IMG/VR virus record: IMGVR_UViG_3300048672_000527
Span: 100,770 to 164,769 of that record
Length of the DNA stretch: 64,000 bases
Source of the DNA: a virus
Taxonomy: Duplodnaviria > Heunggongvirae > Uroviricota > Caudoviricetes
Reading direction: 5' to 3' (one strand)
Shown: one piece after another, positions 43,021-52,547 of the stretch
Layout of the letters: each line of letters opens with the position of its first letter
Position numbering within the stretch: position 1 is the first letter of the stretch
Notes under the pieces: model-generated
What the model was told of the DNA's origin: nothing
Seen by the model: only the letters and a program-made list of their open reading frames with translations
Databases searched by the model: none
Position numbers and translations under genes: made by a program

Positions 43021-43484
43021 TGTTTCGCGATGGAAATATTCTTGATCAATGTATTGGTGGGAATATTATTGTACACGGATGTAATGCACAAGGTGTAATG
43101 GGTTCTGGTGTGGCAAAACAAATCAGAGAAAAATATCCAGATGTATTCAAGAAATATATTGACGATTTAAAATCGACAGCATATTTGTCTAAAGTTGGTA
43201 TTGTTTCTTGGTATCAAGCACCAAGGGGTGAATGGATCGCATCAGCTATAACACAAGCCACATACGGAAAATCTCCACAACGATATGTGTCATATGATGC
43301 CATTGATACATGTTTCAGAAAAGTGATCCAGTTTGCTGTTAATAATGGTCTTTCTGTTCACGTACCAGATATGATTGGAGCAGGTCTTGGTGGTGGAAAC
43401 CGAGCAGTCATAGCAGCTATTATTTCATCTGTTATGGATGAGTATTCATTTAAAGACTTGACGGTTTGGAAATATGAACTTTGA
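43017..43484 (+). CDS. Macro-domain protein (ADP-ribose binding/processing)
   Basis: HGCNAQGVMGSGVAKQI .. MIGAGLGGGN Macro signature. Confidence 0.75.
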   Translation: MMFRDGNILDQCIGGNIIVHGCNAQGVMGSGVAKQIREKYPDVFKKYIDDLKSTAYLSKVGIVSWYQAPRGEWIASAITQATYGKSPQRYVSYDAIDTCFRKVIQFAVNNGLSVHVPDMIGAGLGGGNRAVIAAIISSVMDEYSFKDLTVWKYEL

Positions 43485-43671
43485 AATCCGTAGAGTAGTC
43501 TACGATCCACCAAAATACCCAAAAGACCCAGATGAGTCTATGAGCGAATGGCGGCATCGGATACTATCTGCAACACCACCGAGTAAACTTCAATATAGAG
43601 AATATATCAATAATGGACATTGGTCTGATTGGACAGATGTAGAAGTGGTTCATTTCCCAACACCAATCTGA
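43474..43671 (+). CDS. hypothetical protein
   Basis: ORF; TGA overlaps promoter. Confidence 0.45.
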   Translation: MNFEIRRVVYDPPKYPKDPDESMSEWRHRILSATPPSKLQYREYINNGHWSDWTDVEVVHFPTPI

Positions 43672-43700
43672 TTTACTTTTATTCTCTTTTGCTATATAAT
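43672..43700 (+). promoter_or_regulatory. early promoter
   Basis: TTTACTTTTATTCTCTTTTGCTATATAAT. Confidence 0.7.
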
Positions 43701-43722
43701 AATCAAATAGTGAAAGGGATTT

Positions 43723-43869
43723 ATGAAGTATGTTCTGATTCTCAAAAACGGTAAGGTTATGACTTTCTTTGTGAAAGCTGTTGCCGAGACCTATCACATC
43801 GCTTATGGTGGCACTCTCATTACAGACGAGTTGTATGCTACAGCGTATTCAGAACTTCTTGTTGAGTAA
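43723..43869 (+). CDS. small protein (48 aa), not in ORF track
   Basis: RBS AAAGGGA; ATG 43723. Confidence 0.4.
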   Translation: MKYVLILKNGKVMTFFVKAVAETYHIAYGGTLITDELYATAYSELLVE

Positions 43870-43871
43870 TT

Positions 43872-44102
43872 ATGTTCCAAATTGTTAATAAAGTCCCTGA
43901 GGGATGCAAGCGTTTTATTTCTGTTTATCAACCTATTGCTGGTTGGAAAGCAGTAGAATACTGGTGGAACTCAGACATGGCAGACATTGGTGGATTTTGG
44001 GAACCATGGGAAACTGGATTTTGTTCTTATGCTTCACGCGATGAAGCCATCGTTGAAGCCACTATGTGGGCAAAATCAGAAAACCTACCTCTAGTTATCT
44101 GA
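43872..44102 (+). CDS. hypothetical protein
   Basis: ORF. Confidence 0.45.
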   Translation: MFQIVNKVPEGCKRFISVYQPIAGWKAVEYWWNSDMADIGGFWEPWETGFCSYASRDEAIVEATMWAKSENLPLVI

Positions 44103-44103
44103 T

Positions 44104-44131
44104 TTACTTTTATTCAATGGTGTGTTATAAT
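44104..44131 (+). promoter_or_regulatory. early promoter; ATG of next gene ~8 nt after -10
   Basis: TTTACTTTTATTCAATGGTGTGTTATAAT. Confidence 0.65.
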
Positions 44132-44138
44132 AACTCCC

Positions 44139-44363
44139 ATGAGCAAAACATTTCAAGTTGTAGCACTGGACCCACAGTATAAATTGGCGGCTTACGACAA
44201 CCGTGAGCCAATTGCAGAATTTGATGATTTCTGCGAAGCCGAAACTCTCTGCTACACTTGGTATAAAGCCACCGCTTTGCCGGTTGCTGTATGGAATACC
44301 AAATCACAGGGTTTCCAGTCTTACTATCGCCCCAAGCGCAATAAGTTGGGTCAATTTCAGTAA
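44139..44363 (+). CDS. hypothetical protein (near-leaderless)
   Basis: ORF; no RBS. Confidence 0.5.
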   Translation: MSKTFQVVALDPQYKLAAYDNREPIAEFDDFCEAETLCYTWYKATALPVAVWNTKSQGFQSYYRPKRNKLGQFQ

Positions 44364-44392
44364 TTTACTTTTATTCCAAAATACGCTATAAT
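44364..44392 (+). promoter_or_regulatory. early promoter
   Basis: TTTACTTTTATTCCAAAATACGCTATAAT. Confidence 0.7.
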
Positions 44393-44420
44393 AATCCCAT
44401 AGTAACAAGGAAACATTAAA

Positions 44421-45083
44421 ATGTCTCAGCAATTTACACGCAATTTTGAACTCAACGAGCAACTGTTCACCGATATTGGTCGTCGTGAATATGCAAATAT
44501 GTCGTATAAGGTTGCTGGTTTCTGGTCTGGTGACACACTCCGTATCTATGTGAAGTCTGATTACATGGGTACTGGTGAATTCAGTTTCGAAATCTCCGAT
44601 TCATCCGGTGGACGTGATCCCAAGGTTGTCGAAGATGACGCTGTTGCTTATGCAAATAAGGCTGCTGCTCTGCTTGATGCTTGTGAAGTGGTTAAGACAT
44701 TGCGCGAAAATTCCGACCAAATCAAAGTTGCATATTTCGCTTTCCGTGAAGAGTGCCGTATTCAGGCAGCAGAAGAAAAGGCTGCCAAGGAAGCACGTAT
44801 CGCTGCTGACCCTAAGGTTGATGAAGAAACTGCTGATATGCTGATCAAACTGGCCCGCAAAAATGGTAATGTTGTTCGTGTTTCTTGCCGTAAGCCCGGT
44901 GAAACCAATGATTCTGCCACAGAAATTGAATTCCGTAACTGGGAAAGCACTCACGGCAAGTTCAATATCGGTTACAATGTTAATGTCGGTATCCGCCGTG
45001 TGAAGAATTATATTCTGGAAAACATGTCTATGGCCAGCGCCAAGGAAGAAATTGTTAAACTTCTGACCGGGGTAGAAGCATAA
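44421..45083 (+). CDS. hypothetical protein
   Basis: ORF with RBS AAGGAAA. Confidence 0.55.
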   Translation: MSQQFTRNFELNEQLFTDIGRREYANMSYKVAGFWSGDTLRIYVKSDYMGTGEFSFEISDSSGGRDPKVVEDDAVAYANKAAALLDACEVVKTLRENSDQIKVAYFAFREECRIQAAEEKAAKEARIAADPKVDEETADMLIKLARKNGNVVRVSCRKPGETNDSATEIEFRNWESTHGKFNIGYNVNVGIRRVKNYILENMSMASAKEEIVKLLTGVEA

Positions 45084-45439
45084 TGAAAACATCAGTAGTA
45101 ATGGCTCTATTGGCAGCCGAGACAGCACTCGATGATTGGTTAAATACGTACGCAGAAGACTGGTGTGATCCAGAACGTGTTTTTGATGCCAAAGAGAGAA
45201 TCAAAGATAATGGTGGAACTGTTGCTTATATCGCTGATACACAAGTAATAATCCGTGAAGCAATCGCCAATTCTCTACCAACAAAAGCCGATCCATTTAT
45301 CACAAAAATCGATCAATGGATTGATGCACTTCAAAAGTCAAAAACGGTAGTTGATAAGTCAATTGATAAAGACACAATGATTTATGCGTATAGAATGGCA
45401 AAATACGCATACTATCAAGCACAGTACGGAATCAAATAG
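45083..45439 (+). CDS. hypothetical protein
   Basis: ORF. Confidence 0.5.
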   Translation: MKTSVVMALLAAETALDDWLNTYAEDWCDPERVFDAKERIKDNGGTVAYIADTQVIIREAIANSLPTKADPFITKIDQWIDALQKSKTVVDKSIDKDTMIYAYRMAKYAYYQAQYGIK

Positions 45440-45468
45440 TTTACTTTTATTCTTTTTTGTGATATAAT
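45440..45468 (+). promoter_or_regulatory. early promoter
   Basis: TTTACTTTTATTCTTTTTTGTGATATAAT. Confidence 0.7.
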
Positions 45469-45493
45469 TATCATATAGTAACAAGGATACATT

Positions 45494-45895
45494 ATGTCTA
45501 CAAATTCCACAATTGCGCTCGAATATGCCGACGGTACTGTTGATTCGATCTATTGTCATTCTGACGGTTACCTGAGTTACAACGGCAAAATGCTGTTGGA
45601 ACATTATAGCGATCCGTTCAAGGTTCGGCAGCTGATGGATTTGGGTGATATGTCTTTCCTGGCCAAAAATATTGGTGAAAAACATAATTTCAATGATTAT
45701 GTAGAAGATTCTTGCCGATTCTACGGCCGTGATCGCGGTGAACAAAATATCAATGCAGACCGGTTTGGTTCGTTCGATAGTTATCGTTTGAATAATGATA
45801 TGCTAGAATATAATTACATTCTGCGTAAGGATGGTAACTGGTATGTTCGTAAGAGTGACCAAACTGGTTTCCGCATTCTGAAAGATCTTTTCTAA
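45494..45895 (+). CDS. hypothetical protein
   Basis: RBS AAGGA. Confidence 0.5.
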   Translation: MSTNSTIALEYADGTVDSIYCHSDGYLSYNGKMLLEHYSDPFKVRQLMDLGDMSFLAKNIGEKHNFNDYVEDSCRFYGRDRGEQNINADRFGSFDSYRLNNDMLEYNYILRKDGNWYVRKSDQTGFRILKDLF

Positions 45896-47032
45896 ATGTT
45901 TACACTACAAGAAGCCCTAGAGGCAATTAAGAATAAGCCAGAATTTCGTTGTAACGAACGCGAGTATGGTTATGTGATCGACTACGCTGTGGCGTTCACA
46001 GAATCATTCAAGGGTTCTACCCCGCGTGAAACCCTGATTCTGCAAAACCTACGTGGTACCTGCTTTGATCACTCGGGTAAAATTATCCGCTTGGCATATC
46101 ACAAGTTCCACAATCTGAATGAGAACGCAGAGTACGCAGAGGAAAATTTCCCGTTGGGTGTTCCGCACGTTGTTCAGGAAAAACTGGACGGCTCGATGAT
46201 TACTCCTATTCCAATGCCAGACGGTTCTTGGAAGTTCGGTACTCGCGCTGGTGTGACCGAAGTTGCAGATAAGGCTATGGCACTGCTAAAGTCTTGGGAA
46301 GTTGGTTCTTACCAAAAGTATGCTGCATACGTAAAGCTGATCGAATCTATGCTGGCAGTTAACCATACTGTCATCTTTGAATTCTGCTCGCGTGAACAAC
46401 GGATCGTAATCGACTATCCCGAACCTTTTTTGGCTGTAACTGGTGTTCGTTGTAACGAGACCGGTGAATATAAGTCAAATCGGACTCTGCGTTGGTTTGT
46501 ACAAAATCCTCGGATTATTGTAGCACGTACTATTTCAGACCACCATGGTTTAGGTGACCTAGCAAAGAAGGTTTCTGGTCTGTTGGGTGAAGAAGGTGTT
46601 GTTGTCAAGTTTGATGATGGTCGCTTTGTGAAAATTAAGGCTACCGACTACTGTTTGAAGCACCGCGCTCTGGATGGTCTGCGTAACGAAAAGGATGTTT
46701 TGCAATTGGTTCTAAAAAACGAGTTGGATGACGTTCTACCACTGGTAACTCCAGAAGTTCGTGATCGTCTAGTTGCTTATAACGAATCCGTATGGTATCG
46801 ATTGAATCTGGCTCAACAAGAAATGGTTGGTTGTTTTGATCGGCTGAAGCACTTGACTTCTAAAAAGGAATTTGCCGAAATGGTTAAGGATTCTGTCTAT
46901 AAGCAGGGTCTGTTCAAGATGTATGATGGTAAGAATTATCAACTGAAAGACTTCGTACTAACTAAATGTGGTTCTTCCACAGATGTTGAGTCTGTACGTT
47001 GGCTGATCGGTAAATCTTATTTGGAGTTCTAA
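45896..47032 (+). CDS. rnlA: RNA ligase 1 (RnlA-like)
   Basis: EKLDGS (KxDG ligase motif I) and HKFHNLNEN vs T4 Rnl1 EKFFNLNEN. Confidence 0.8.
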   Translation: MFTLQEALEAIKNKPEFRCNEREYGYVIDYAVAFTESFKGSTPRETLILQNLRGTCFDHSGKIIRLAYHKFHNLNENAEYAEENFPLGVPHVVQEKLDGSMITPIPMPDGSWKFGTRAGVTEVADKAMALLKSWEVGSYQKYAAYVKLIESMLAVNHTVIFEFCSREQRIVIDYPEPFLAVTGVRCNETGEYKSNRTLRWFVQNPRIIVARTISDHHGLGDLAKKVSGLLGEEGVVVKFDDGRFVKIKATDYCLKHRALDGLRNEKDVLQLVLKNELDDVLPLVTPEVRDRLVAYNESVWYRLNLAQQEMVGCFDRLKHLTSKKEFAEMVKDSVYKQGLFKMYDGKNYQLKDFVLTKCGSSTDVESVRWLIGKSYLEF

Positions 47033-47274
47033 TGATTTTGGAGTACACTTTTCGCGTTCTTCATTCCCTTCTAGGCACGGTACTTGGTGCTCGAACAGAA
47101 TATTTTGAGTTTCAAATTGTGAAAGTTTAATATGAATTTTTATATAATTCAATCATTACCAAAAACTCGTAAACAAAAAGCTAGTGGTGTCGGTTCCATG
47201 GTATTGTATCGTGGTGTTAAATCTGGCTCGCCAGATAGGTTTTCGGGGAATATTCCAGTTTTTATTCTTATAAA

Positions 47275-48087
47275 ATGAAATTTGCTCTTGCATCAGATTT
47301 ACACCTTGTCTACGAGGGTTTTGACTTTCTTCCTGTAAAGGCAGAGGGAGTCAGCACCCTTGTTCTTGCGGGTGATACAGTGGAAGTTGATCTGCTAAAA
47401 CAGAACACTCCGCATCGCGATCGCATCGTTGATTACCTACGTGAGTTGAATAAGAACTTTGAGAATGTCTTGTACGTTATGGGTAACCATGAACACTACG
47501 ACAATTCCTTTATCCACACAGAGCAGAATCTCCGGGCACAATTCAAACGTGCTGGGTTGACAAACTTTACTCTACTGGAAAAGCAAACAAAGGAAATCGA
47601 CGACACTATCTTCTTTGGTGCCACAATGTGGACAACTTTCCACAATGGTAATCCATCAGCAATGTGGGATGCGTCTATCCTGATGAATGACTACAAAGCC
47701 ATCCACGTTGGGAAAGCGACATCTGCTTGGGGTGAAAAGCAAAAGTTGACACCGGAAGATACAGCGGCTCAATGCCGTCGAACTCTGGAGAAAATCAAAG
47801 AGTTTGCTGATCTCAAAACTGACAAAAAGAAAGTTTTGATCACGCATATGGCACCATGCAGTTTGTCAATCAGTGACAGCTACAAAGGTAATGCAACCAA
47901 TGATGCTTACTACGAAGACATTTCAGAAATGTTAATGGATTCGGATATTCGCGTGGCAGTTCATGGTCACATTCACGATCCAGTTTATTACACAATTGGC
48001 GATGTGTTGGTGGTTAGCAATCCACGTGGTTATCATGGATACGAACCGCAGACTCTGTGCTACGAGTTTCAGGTTGTCAAAGTATGA
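47275..48087 (+). CDS. calcineurin-like metallophosphoesterase
   Basis: SDLHL, AGDT, GNHEHYD motifs. Confidence 0.8.
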   Translation: MKFALASDLHLVYEGFDFLPVKAEGVSTLVLAGDTVEVDLLKQNTPHRDRIVDYLRELNKNFENVLYVMGNHEHYDNSFIHTEQNLRAQFKRAGLTNFTLLEKQTKEIDDTIFFGATMWTTFHNGNPSAMWDASILMNDYKAIHVGKATSAWGEKQKLTPEDTAAQCRRTLEKIKEFADLKTDKKKVLITHMAPCSLSISDSYKGNATNDAYYEDISEMLMDSDIRVAVHGHIHDPVYYTIGDVLVVSNPRGYHGYEPQTLCYEFQVVKV

Positions 48088-48266
48088 TAGTTCTGATTAC
48101 TGGAATTTATCCAGTTAAGTATCCTGATGGTTCAACCAGAAATGAACATTTGGTTTCGCACGGCGTTGATTATGGAACAGGTCAACACGTGACGTTACCA
48201 AATGAACCAATTATTTCATTTGATGCTGAATGGGATGATGATTTGTGTGAGTGGGTAATTAATTAG
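48084..48266 (+). CDS. hypothetical small protein
   Basis: ORF 48057 trimmed to ATG overlapping upstream TGA. Confidence 0.4.
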   Translation: MIVLITGIYPVKYPDGSTRNEHLVSHGVDYGTGQHVTLPNEPIISFDAEWDDDLCEWVIN

Positions 48267-48275
48267 GAGAAAATT

Positions 48276-48467
48276 ATGTTTAGTATGCTAAATTCTTTGG
48301 CGAAAGCCGCAGTTGCAACAGTCGTTCTTCCAGTCGCAGCAGTTGTGGATGTGGTAACGCTTCCAGTCACTGCTGATGATTTGAATCGTGGACCGTTTGA
48401 CAATACAACAGAAACAGGTTCTGCTATTATGCAAAACCTGAAAGATGCTTTTGATCCGAACAAATGA
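48276..48467 (+). CDS. hypothetical small hydrophobic protein
   Basis: RBS AGGAG. Confidence 0.5.
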   Translation: MFSMLNSLAKAAVATVVLPVAAVVDVVTLPVTADDLNRGPFDNTTETGSAIMQNLKDAFDPNK

Positions 48468-48748
48468 GCTACACCTACAAATACAGTAACGGATATGCAC
48501 GGATTGCTTGTGCAGCCATCAAGTATAACGGAAAGATTTATTCTCTTCCGCGACCAAACCGTCATCCGGATATTGTTCGTAGTATCGGTGGTGTCGCAGG
48601 ACCAAGCCAAGACGGATTCTTGGATGCCAATGGGAATTGGTTAACACGTGGCGGGGCGTATATCCGTGCTCAGAGAACAGGACAGATTAAGCGAAAAGAT
48701 GAATTTGTCTATGTCGCGGGATTACTATACACAGAAGATTTGTGGTGA
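48464..48748 (+). CDS. hypothetical protein
   Basis: ORF; TGA overlaps promoter. Confidence 0.5.
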   Translation: MSYTYKYSNGYARIACAAIKYNGKIYSLPRPNRHPDIVRSIGGVAGPSQDGFLDANGNWLTRGGAYIRAQRTGQIKRKDEFVYVAGLLYTEDLW

Positions 48749-48777
48749 TTTACTTTTATTCATTTCCGTAGTATAAT
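48749..48777 (+). promoter_or_regulatory. early promoter
   Basis: TTTACTTTTATTCATTTCCGTAGTATAAT. Confidence 0.7.
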
Positions 48778-48802
48778 TAATCCATAGCATCAAGGAATCA
48801 TT

Positions 48803-48976
48803 ATGACTTTGGAACTGGCTCTAGCAACTAAATACATTTCTCGTATGTTGCAGGAAAATTCTAAAACATCAAAGAAACAGTGTATTGATTATGCTTCTCT
48901 GGTGGTTCGTTCACAGGGATTCTCCGAGAAACACGCAGATCAAGTAGCCAAAGAAGCATATGAACTTGTAAAATGA
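48803..48976 (+). CDS. small protein (57 aa), not in ORF track
   Basis: RBS AAGGAA; ATG 48803. Confidence 0.4.
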   Translation: MTLELALATKYISRMLQENSKTSKKQCIDYASLVVRSQGFSEKHADQVAKEAYELVK

Positions 48977-49191
48977 TTACACGTAAACAAATTATTAAGC
49001 AAATCGGTAATAAGTATCTCGAACTCTACAAGGGTGAGTATTACTTTTACTTTGTGTATTCCGCTGGTGATATTTACGATACCAAAAGTGTATATACAGC
49101 TACTCTGGATAGTCTCTCCATGGCCGAGTGGGTCGAAGAAGGCAACTCATTTATTATGGAAATCTTGAGTCGTGAACTTGACCGAATTTAA
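48973..49191 (+). CDS. hypothetical protein
   Basis: ORF. Confidence 0.45.
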   Translation: MITRKQIIKQIGNKYLELYKGEYYFYFVYSAGDIYDTKSVYTATLDSLSMAEWVEEGNSFIMEILSRELDRI

Positions 49192-49358
49192 TTCTCTCAC
49201 GCCAGCTCAGATCGCGCATCTCGACCACCGTATGGTGTTTGAGTGTGTTAAATCTGGAAAATGGTCTCGTATACAATTTGATCGCTACATCGAAGAACTT
49301 ATGGTTCAATCGTACGGTGAAGGTTTTGAAGAAGCAATGAAGGAAGAAGTTAATGCAG

Positions 49359-49529
49359 ATGGTGAGTGATGAGTTTTTGGCAATGCGTTCTATGGATAAG
49401 TCCACACAAGAACTACGTGAACGCAACGCAGCACGGGCTGCTGAAATGAAAGAGCGTATGGGTCGCAAGTTTGTTTTGCACCCCGATAATGCACCACGCA
49501 AAATGAAAAATCGGAGAGTATTGAAGTGA
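49359..49529 (+). CDS. small basic protein (56 aa), not in ORF track
   Basis: fills gap before ligase; GTGA overlap. Confidence 0.35.
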   Translation: MVSDEFLAMRSMDKSTQELRERNAARAAEMKERMGRKFVLHPDNAPRKMKNRRVLK

Positions 49530-50824
49530 GTATCTATCAAATTATTGAATCCATCGCTGCTATTGGCTCAACTAAAGCAAAGCAGCAAATTCTAGAGGAT
49601 AACAAGACCAACGAAGTCTTGAAAAATACTTTCCTCTACACCGAAAACCCACGCTTTAATTTCTATATTAAAGTAGAAGTATCTAATATCGGCGATGGTG
49701 TTAATGATATTAGCATGAGTACATTCACACAGTTGGATAAACTCATTAATCGAGAATATACTGGTAATGCTGCGCGACGTTTCGTCGACGGGATGATGTC
49801 ACAACTGACACAGGAAGCTCAGATTATTCTGGCACGAATTATCAATAAAGACCTGCGCTGTAATTGTGGAACTTCAATATCCAATAAAGTTTGGAAGGAT
49901 TTGATTCCAGAGTATCCAATGATGCTGGCTCAACCGGGCAAAGTAAAAAATCTAGATTATATCCGTAAGAAAGAAGGTAAGGATAAACTGATCGCTCAGA
50001 AGAAGTCTGACGGTGGTCGTGTGAATATTATTGTCACAGAAGGTGACGTTGTTTATCGTTCTCGTAGTGGATCTGAATTGGATCTACATGGGTTCTTTGA
50101 CGCACAATTCTCCAATCTTCAAAATGTAGTGATCGACGGTGAATTGTTGGTTCGCACAGAAACTGGAATTGCTGATCGTAAAGTCGGTAATGGACTATAC
50201 ACCAAAGCGGTTCGTGGAACACTGTCCAAAGAAGAAGTCACAAAGATGTGCATTGAAGTTTGGGATATTATCCCTCTCGCTGAATTCGAGAGTGGTAAGG
50301 GAACTGAACCATATTCTAAACGCCTGGCGAATCTGATTCTGGCTTCAGAGAAATTCAATCCAGGTTTGATCTCTGTCATTGAAACAAAGGTTGTTGATAC
50401 GCTTAAGCAATGTGTGGAGTTTTATGCAGAAATGCGAAGCCGAGGTGAAGAGGGTGCGATCATTAAGGTTGCGGATGGTGTGTGGGAAGATCGGCGTTCT
50501 AAGGACATGGTCAAGATGAAAGCCGAAGAAACAGCTGACCTATTGTGTGTCGGTTGGGAGGAAGGTACCGGCAAGAATAGGGGTCTTATTGGAAATCTGA
50601 TTCTAGAAACTTCTGATGGTCTCTTGCGAACAGGTTGTGGTACAGGACTGACCGATGCTGATCGCGTACGTGATCCGAGTTATTATGTTGGGAAAATCAT
50701 CGAAATAAAATACAACGAAGTTATTACAGCGAAAGATAAAAATACTATGAGTTTATTTTTACCTGTGTATATTAAAATTCGTGACGATAAGAATAAGGCT
50801 AATTCAGTCAAGGAATTGAAATAA
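49526..50824 (+). CDS. 30: ATP-dependent DNA ligase gp30
   Basis: AAIGSTKAKQQILE vs T4 ASIGSTKQKQAILE; KSDGGR adenylation lysine motif. Confidence 0.9.
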   Translation: MSIYQIIESIAAIGSTKAKQQILEDNKTNEVLKNTFLYTENPRFNFYIKVEVSNIGDGVNDISMSTFTQLDKLINREYTGNAARRFVDGMMSQLTQEAQIILARIINKDLRCNCGTSISNKVWKDLIPEYPMMLAQPGKVKNLDYIRKKEGKDKLIAQKKSDGGRVNIIVTEGDVVYRSRSGSELDLHGFFDAQFSNLQNVVIDGELLVRTETGIADRKVGNGLYTKAVRGTLSKEEVTKMCIEVWDIIPLAEFESGKGTEPYSKRLANLILASEKFNPGLISVIETKVVDTLKQCVEFYAEMRSRGEEGAIIKVADGVWEDRRSKDMVKMKAEETADLLCVGWEEGTGKNRGLIGNLILETSDGLLRTGCGTGLTDADRVRDPSYYVGKIIEIKYNEVITAKDKNTMSLFLPVYIKIRDDKNKANSVKELK

Positions 50825-51374
50825 ATTTACATTTATCAAAGTGCCAAAAATGCATTGTGTTAACACCACCAATTTTTCCACAATGTGGACACGTACATAA
50901 TGGTTTCTTTTTACCACGTAAAGCAATTGATGTTTTAAGTTTTTGTTCTGGTGTCTGAGCACCTCTGGATTTACCAGTTAATGATCGAGAAATTTTATTA
51001 ACCCAATCTTTGTTATGTGTTCTACCACGAGTAGTTTTGGATTGTTTTAATCTAGATTCAAAACTTCTTGTTATAGTACCACCATCTAAACCGGTTTCTG
51101 GTTTAAGATTGGCCCAATTTTCTGATTCAGTAATATTATTTTGTTTGGAAAAATCTAAAGCAAATTTAGTTAAAGTTTCTTTATCTGTGAACAAACAATA
51201 CCATACTGTTTCTACTTTATCTACGCCATGTTTTCTAATGTGATTTAACCAATATTTTCCAGAACCAGAATATTTTATCGGATTTTGTGTTGTTTTACCG
51301 AAATATAATTTTCCAGTGACAATATGTTGTTTGATGTAGAGAAATGTTGGTTTATAAATAGACATAGCTGGCAC
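50808..51374 (-). CDS. GIY-YIG homing endonuclease (Seg-like)
   Basis: SIYKPTFLYIKQHIVTGKLYFGKT GIY-YIG motif; only long minus-strand gene; RBS AAGGGAG on minus strand. Confidence 0.8.
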   Translation of the reverse strand: MPAMSIYKPTFLYIKQHIVTGKLYFGKTTQNPIKYSGSGKYWLNHIRKHGVDKVETVWYCLFTDKETLTKFALDFSKQNNITESENWANLKPETGLDGGTITRSFESRLKQSKTTRGRTHNKDWVNKISRSLTGKSRGAQTPEQKLKTSIALRGKKKPLCTCPHCGKIGGVNTMHFWHFDKCKFISIP

Positions 51375-51430
51375 TCCCTTAAAGTGTTAGGGTCCATGGT
51401 CGTTCTCAGGCGGCGCGATGGACATTATTT

Positions 51431-51456
51431 TTGACTTGTAGTTTTTGTGCTACAAT
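51431..51456 (+). promoter_or_regulatory. sigma70-like promoter TTGACT..TACAAT (short spacer), ATG 8 nt downstream
   Basis: seen directly; weaker match than early consensus. Confidence 0.4.
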
Positions 51457-51463
51457 AGTATTT

Positions 51464-51634
51464 ATGGAAAATAAATTTCAAGAATTTTTTTGCCCAATTT
51501 GTCGAGAATATGTTAAGAAATCTCTATTTGAGCAACATAAAATCTCACACTGGAATGATCCTGGCGAATACCCAGAAACACTTGAGAAACTTAAACAACG
51601 GTTTGAGCCGTTAGGAGTTTATGATGAGAGATAA
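51464..51634 (+). CDS. small zinc-ribbon protein
   Basis: CPICREY..HKISHW; ORF 51431 trimmed. Confidence 0.4.
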   Translation: MENKFQEFFCPICREYVKKSLFEQHKISHWNDPGEYPETLEKLKQRFEPLGVYDER

Positions 51635-51758
51635 TGAAGTAATTGAGAGCAAGGACCCGAAGGTAAAAACCAAGAGTCTTTTCCTACCGGTTTATAAACA
51701 AGTTCGGTTCGATAAAACTATGGCAAATAAGTTAAGTGAGTTGAAATAAGAGGTAATT

Positions 51759-52028
51759 ATGAAAAATGTGAATGAAAATGGTTTTGAAAAGAGTGTAGTT
51801 GAAGCACAACTGGCAACTGGTCTATCAAAGATTAGTTTCTTTAAGGTTGACGGCTCTCTACGTGAATTGACCGTAACACGGGACATGTCTATTATCCCGG
51901 CGGACCACCGCCCCGTAAATGATGGTAAAACACGTATGATAAGTGATACTACAATCCCCGTTTATGATGTGGATGCAGGTCACTGGAAGTCATTTATTTT
52001 GGAAAATCTTGTAACAATCGAACGATAA
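51759..52028 (+). CDS. hypothetical protein
   Basis: RBS AAGAGG. Confidence 0.5.
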   Translation: MKNVNENGFEKSVVEAQLATGLSKISFFKVDGSLRELTVTRDMSIIPADHRPVNDGKTRMISDTTIPVYDVDAGHWKSFILENLVTIER

Positions 52029-52038
52029 GGAGTATATT

Positions 52039-52323
52039 ATGAAGATTGTATTGACACCCGAAGAAAAAGCAGCAAAGAAGGCAGCTAAGAAAGCAGCATG
52101 GTTGGCAAGTGGTATTGCCATGGTTCAGAATCCGCTGAAGTATATTGGCGAACAACTGAACAGTGTTGTTATTGAAAATGGACGCCCTGTTCAGAAGATT
52201 CACCCAGTGTATACTGTTATGAAGCGCCAAGCTGCAAAGGGTAATGGTTCTGTAGTTCGCACATTGGCACTTTATATTGCAAATGGTGGCACAGTTGATA
52301 CAGCCCATGGATTTCCAGCATGA
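52039..52323 (+). CDS. hypothetical protein
   Basis: RBS AAGGAG. Confidence 0.5.
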   Translation: MKIVLTPEEKAAKKAAKKAAWLASGIAMVQNPLKYIGEQLNSVVIENGRPVQKIHPVYTVMKRQAAKGNGSVVRTLALYIANGGTVDTAHGFPA

Positions 52324-52547
52324 CTAAAACGATTCGCGTCGAAAATGCATGTTCTTCTGACTATAATGTAGTCGTAGAATCATGGCTTCGTGGGGTTAAT
52401 GGTGAACCAGATAAAATGGTTTGCAAATTTCCACTGAACAACCCTACGGCTCTGCTAACAGAAACCATCTGGGATACAAAATATCTCGTGGTACGTGAAC
52501 GATATAAAGATGAACCAATTTTTTATGGAGTAGTGAACAATGGCTAA
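52320..52547 (+). CDS. hypothetical protein
   Basis: ORF. Confidence 0.45.
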   Translation: MTKTIRVENACSSDYNVVVESWLRGVNGEPDKMVCKFPLNNPTALLTETIWDTKYLVVRERYKDEPIFYGVVNNG

